Shown here piece by piece: positions 61,561 to 64,000 of a stretch of DNA of 64,000 bases. Below the pieces are notes generated by a model, which saw nothing but the letters and a program-made list of their open reading frames with translations, searched no databases and had not been told where the DNA came from. The stretch comes from Callorhinchus milii (taxonomy: Eukaryota). The position numbers were made by a program, and so were the translations under genes. The stretch is from the NCBI RefSeq assembly GCF_018977255.1, contig NW_024704755.1, positions 15,500,001-15,564,000 of the forward strand. Reading direction: 5' to 3'. Every line of letters begins with the position of its first letter. Position 1 is the stretch's first letter.

Positions 61561-63404
61561 TGTGATCGGTTGTTGAGACTCACCCTGAACCAGTTGCTGG
61601 TGTAACAAACGTTTGCTGACTGTTTAATATGAAATATTTGGCAGTGACGTTTGATTTCCTGTGTCCGTGGTTCAGAAATGAATTGGATTCGATTGGCAAA
61701 GAAAGTTCTGACTACAGTAGTAAGTGGAATCACTCCTCAGATCGGAAAAAGGACGGTTAAATATTGTCATTTTATATGTTTTTTCTGCATATTGCATTAT
61801 TTCTTACTTAACATCGTAAACATTCACGTTTATTATAATTAACTGTAAGAAAATAAAGCTGGAATACAGAGCTAAGGAAATGGCATTCTCTTCAGTTTAA
61901 TAATAATCCTTGCATTTGTTTAGCGCCTTATCACGTCGCATATACTGTAAAGTAAATTGACTGTACATTTTATGGGCGAAATCTGAATAAAGCAATTGTT
62001 AATTTGTTGCAGCCTAAAACTGATGTTAAAAAAACCTTTAACGTGTTACAAAAACCTTTAACATCAGTTTTAGTCTACACCATGAGAATCTGCTGACTCT
62101 GGAGACAGGACACGGGGTACAGATTTTTAAGCCAAATGAACAGATTGGATGAAATTAATGCTATGAGCCAATGTATAACATTTCTTCTGAAACCTAAGCA
62201 TTTAATCATTAAAAGCATTACCATGTTGACCGACTTTCCATATTTTATTAAATACAATTCAAAATCATAAATACAAATCTGATGATTTCAGTAACAGTAC
62301 ATTATGTATCAGGTTAAAACAATATTTAGTAAACGTTTAATGATAGATATGACAAATAAAATATATTTTTCAGCTTTTACAAAGTCACATTTACCTTCCC
62401 TACACTGCAACAATCACTTAAACAGTTTCTCTCTATAAACATAGTCGAATGTGCAGAGTGATCCAGGTGAATTAAAGAAATAACTAAATGCTAAAAATAA
62501 TACTGTTTCAACTCATAATAATATAGTAACCTTTGGATAAATAAGAATAACGCTTTACACACGATTGGTTTTGTGAAAGCGCTTCACATGATTTACTGTT
62601 TCTGTTTCAGGCGAAATTGCATCTTATTTGTATCCAGCAATGTCCCATAAACAGCGATGAAGTGAATGACCAATTTTCTTTGGGGAATTGTTGGCCAAGA
62701 TACCCAGAGAACCGCTTTCCCTTTAGGAGCAATGCTATACGATCTTTAACTTATACCTGAACAGGCAGCGCAGAACAGGTTTTCACTTTTCATCAAAAGG
62801 ATAAGAACAATTTGAATATATATATATATATAGCGCCCATCACATGGGGTAGCGGCTCCGAGGGTCTGGAACAACAGCTACGACAATACAGAACTCAGCC
62901 ATTATGGCATTGGAGCTTCAGCCCAGAATTTTAGCTCAAAGTCTCGACTTTCGACTTAAACTGCCAAACTTCTGATTTAGAGGGAACATCAGAACTGTGT
63001 TGAGAGAAGGGAAAGATAAAGTGGAAATAAAGATGACGTTTGTCCCTGTGATGGATTGTAACAAGCGAAGGTGGATAATATGATATAGAGTAGGTTGCTG
63101 TGACACTGACTTCCTGTTTGATTGGGGTTGTGCAATGTAGCAGGTGTGGTGGGTGCAATGTCAAACCACACATCTTCAAAAACAATGTGAAAATAACAAC
63201 GCATCCTATTAATAGCAGAGAAAAAGCTGAACACATATCTAAATATAAAAAAATAGGTTTCAGTGTCACGATTGAGCTTGCAGTGTTTCCTGCAACGGAA
63301 AATGTTGTTTTGAGCATCAAGGCATGTCAAATTATTTATTATTGGCAAGTTATAAATCAAGGCAAGTAATTTCAGAAACGTACCAATTCAGTGGAGTATC
63401 TCTT

Positions 63405-63672
63405 CTGAGAGAGAGAGAGAGAGAGAGTGAAAGACAGAGACAGACTGACTCAGAGCAAGAAACAGATAGATAGAGAGATTGAGGGAGAGAAACTGAGTGA
63501 GAGAGAGAGACTGGAGAGACTGATATTCTGAGAGATACTAACAGACTGAAATAGAGAGACTGGGAGAGAGACTGAATGAGGGAGACTGAGAGAGACACAG
63601 AGAAAGGGAAACATTGAGAAAGAGAGAGAGAGAGACTGGGGGAGAAACAGAGACATCGAGAGAGAGAGGGGA
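63405..63672. repeat. Expanded GA-rich simple repeat
   Basis: Read directly; it produces the spurious Ser/Leu-rich ORFs. Confidence 0.9.
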
Positions 63673-64000
63673 AGACTGTGAGAGAAAATATATCGAAGGC
63701 GTCCTCCCACGAAGTCCTCCCAAAAGGAGTCCTGTCACAGGAGTCCTTCCATCTGAGCATGATGTCTAAATGAAATGTGTGTCTGTCTGTCAATCTACAA
63801 TCCATATTGGATCATTTTGGTTGCAAGTGAAGCTGCAACGGGTTCAGCTATAATTCTATATATAGTTGTGTTATTTTCCCATCTTTTATACCTTTGTTTT
63901 TTTCCATTGGCACAAAATGTAAGAAATTGGTGTTTGAATCTGTTTTCTGACAATACAATTGTATTGTGGTGGCAGGGACCATGGCCTACTCCATGGGAAA

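Larger units (their letters stand above)
41520..62850 (+). repeat. Segmental duplicate of about 870-22300
   Basis: Collinear order of C1, V, leader, SINE, GA repeat, pseudo-V, CR1/L2, tail exons, TM, C1, V and leader in both blocks. Confidence 0.85.

Noticed and set aside
41520-62850. Duplication as an uncollapsed haplotype or assembly artefact
   Set aside because: The copies differ by many substitutions, private retro-insertions and different stop codons, well beyond typical allelic divergence.
63350-63805. Ser/Leu-rich ORFs (also 6369..6810 and 45300..45743)
   Set aside because: They are translations of GA microsatellites.

Overview
AT-rich vertebrate genomic DNA, most likely from a cartilaginous fish (inferred from the repeat types: Deu-domain-like SINEs, shark-type CR1 3' ends, L2 and Tx1 fragments). 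The window is a tandem cluster of immunoglobulin-superfamily receptor genes, all on the minus strand, with the exon plan leader / V with a germline-joined J-like end / C1 / TM / short cytoplasmic exon / up to three ITIM-module exons. I reconstructed the exons by hand from GT-AG boundaries and phase. There are three complete genes: A (13030-21075, 407 aa, 6 tail tyrosines), C (36719-43580, 348 aa, 3 Tyr) and D (51592-61560, 361 aa, 4 Tyr). Gene Z (leader, V, C1; 1238-4679) runs off the left edge. The window also holds an internally deleted copy B, two orphan pseudo-V modules, a duplicated leader plus half-V and a vestigial second C1 exon. No RSS was seen, so these look like non-rearranging, antigen-receptor-like (VJ-C1) inhibitory receptors with SIRP/PECAM-like tails. 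Roughly 0.9-22 kb and 41.5-62.8 kb are segmental duplicates carrying copy-specific young L2 and SINE insertions. The names Z, A, B, C and D are mine, and no database search was possible.
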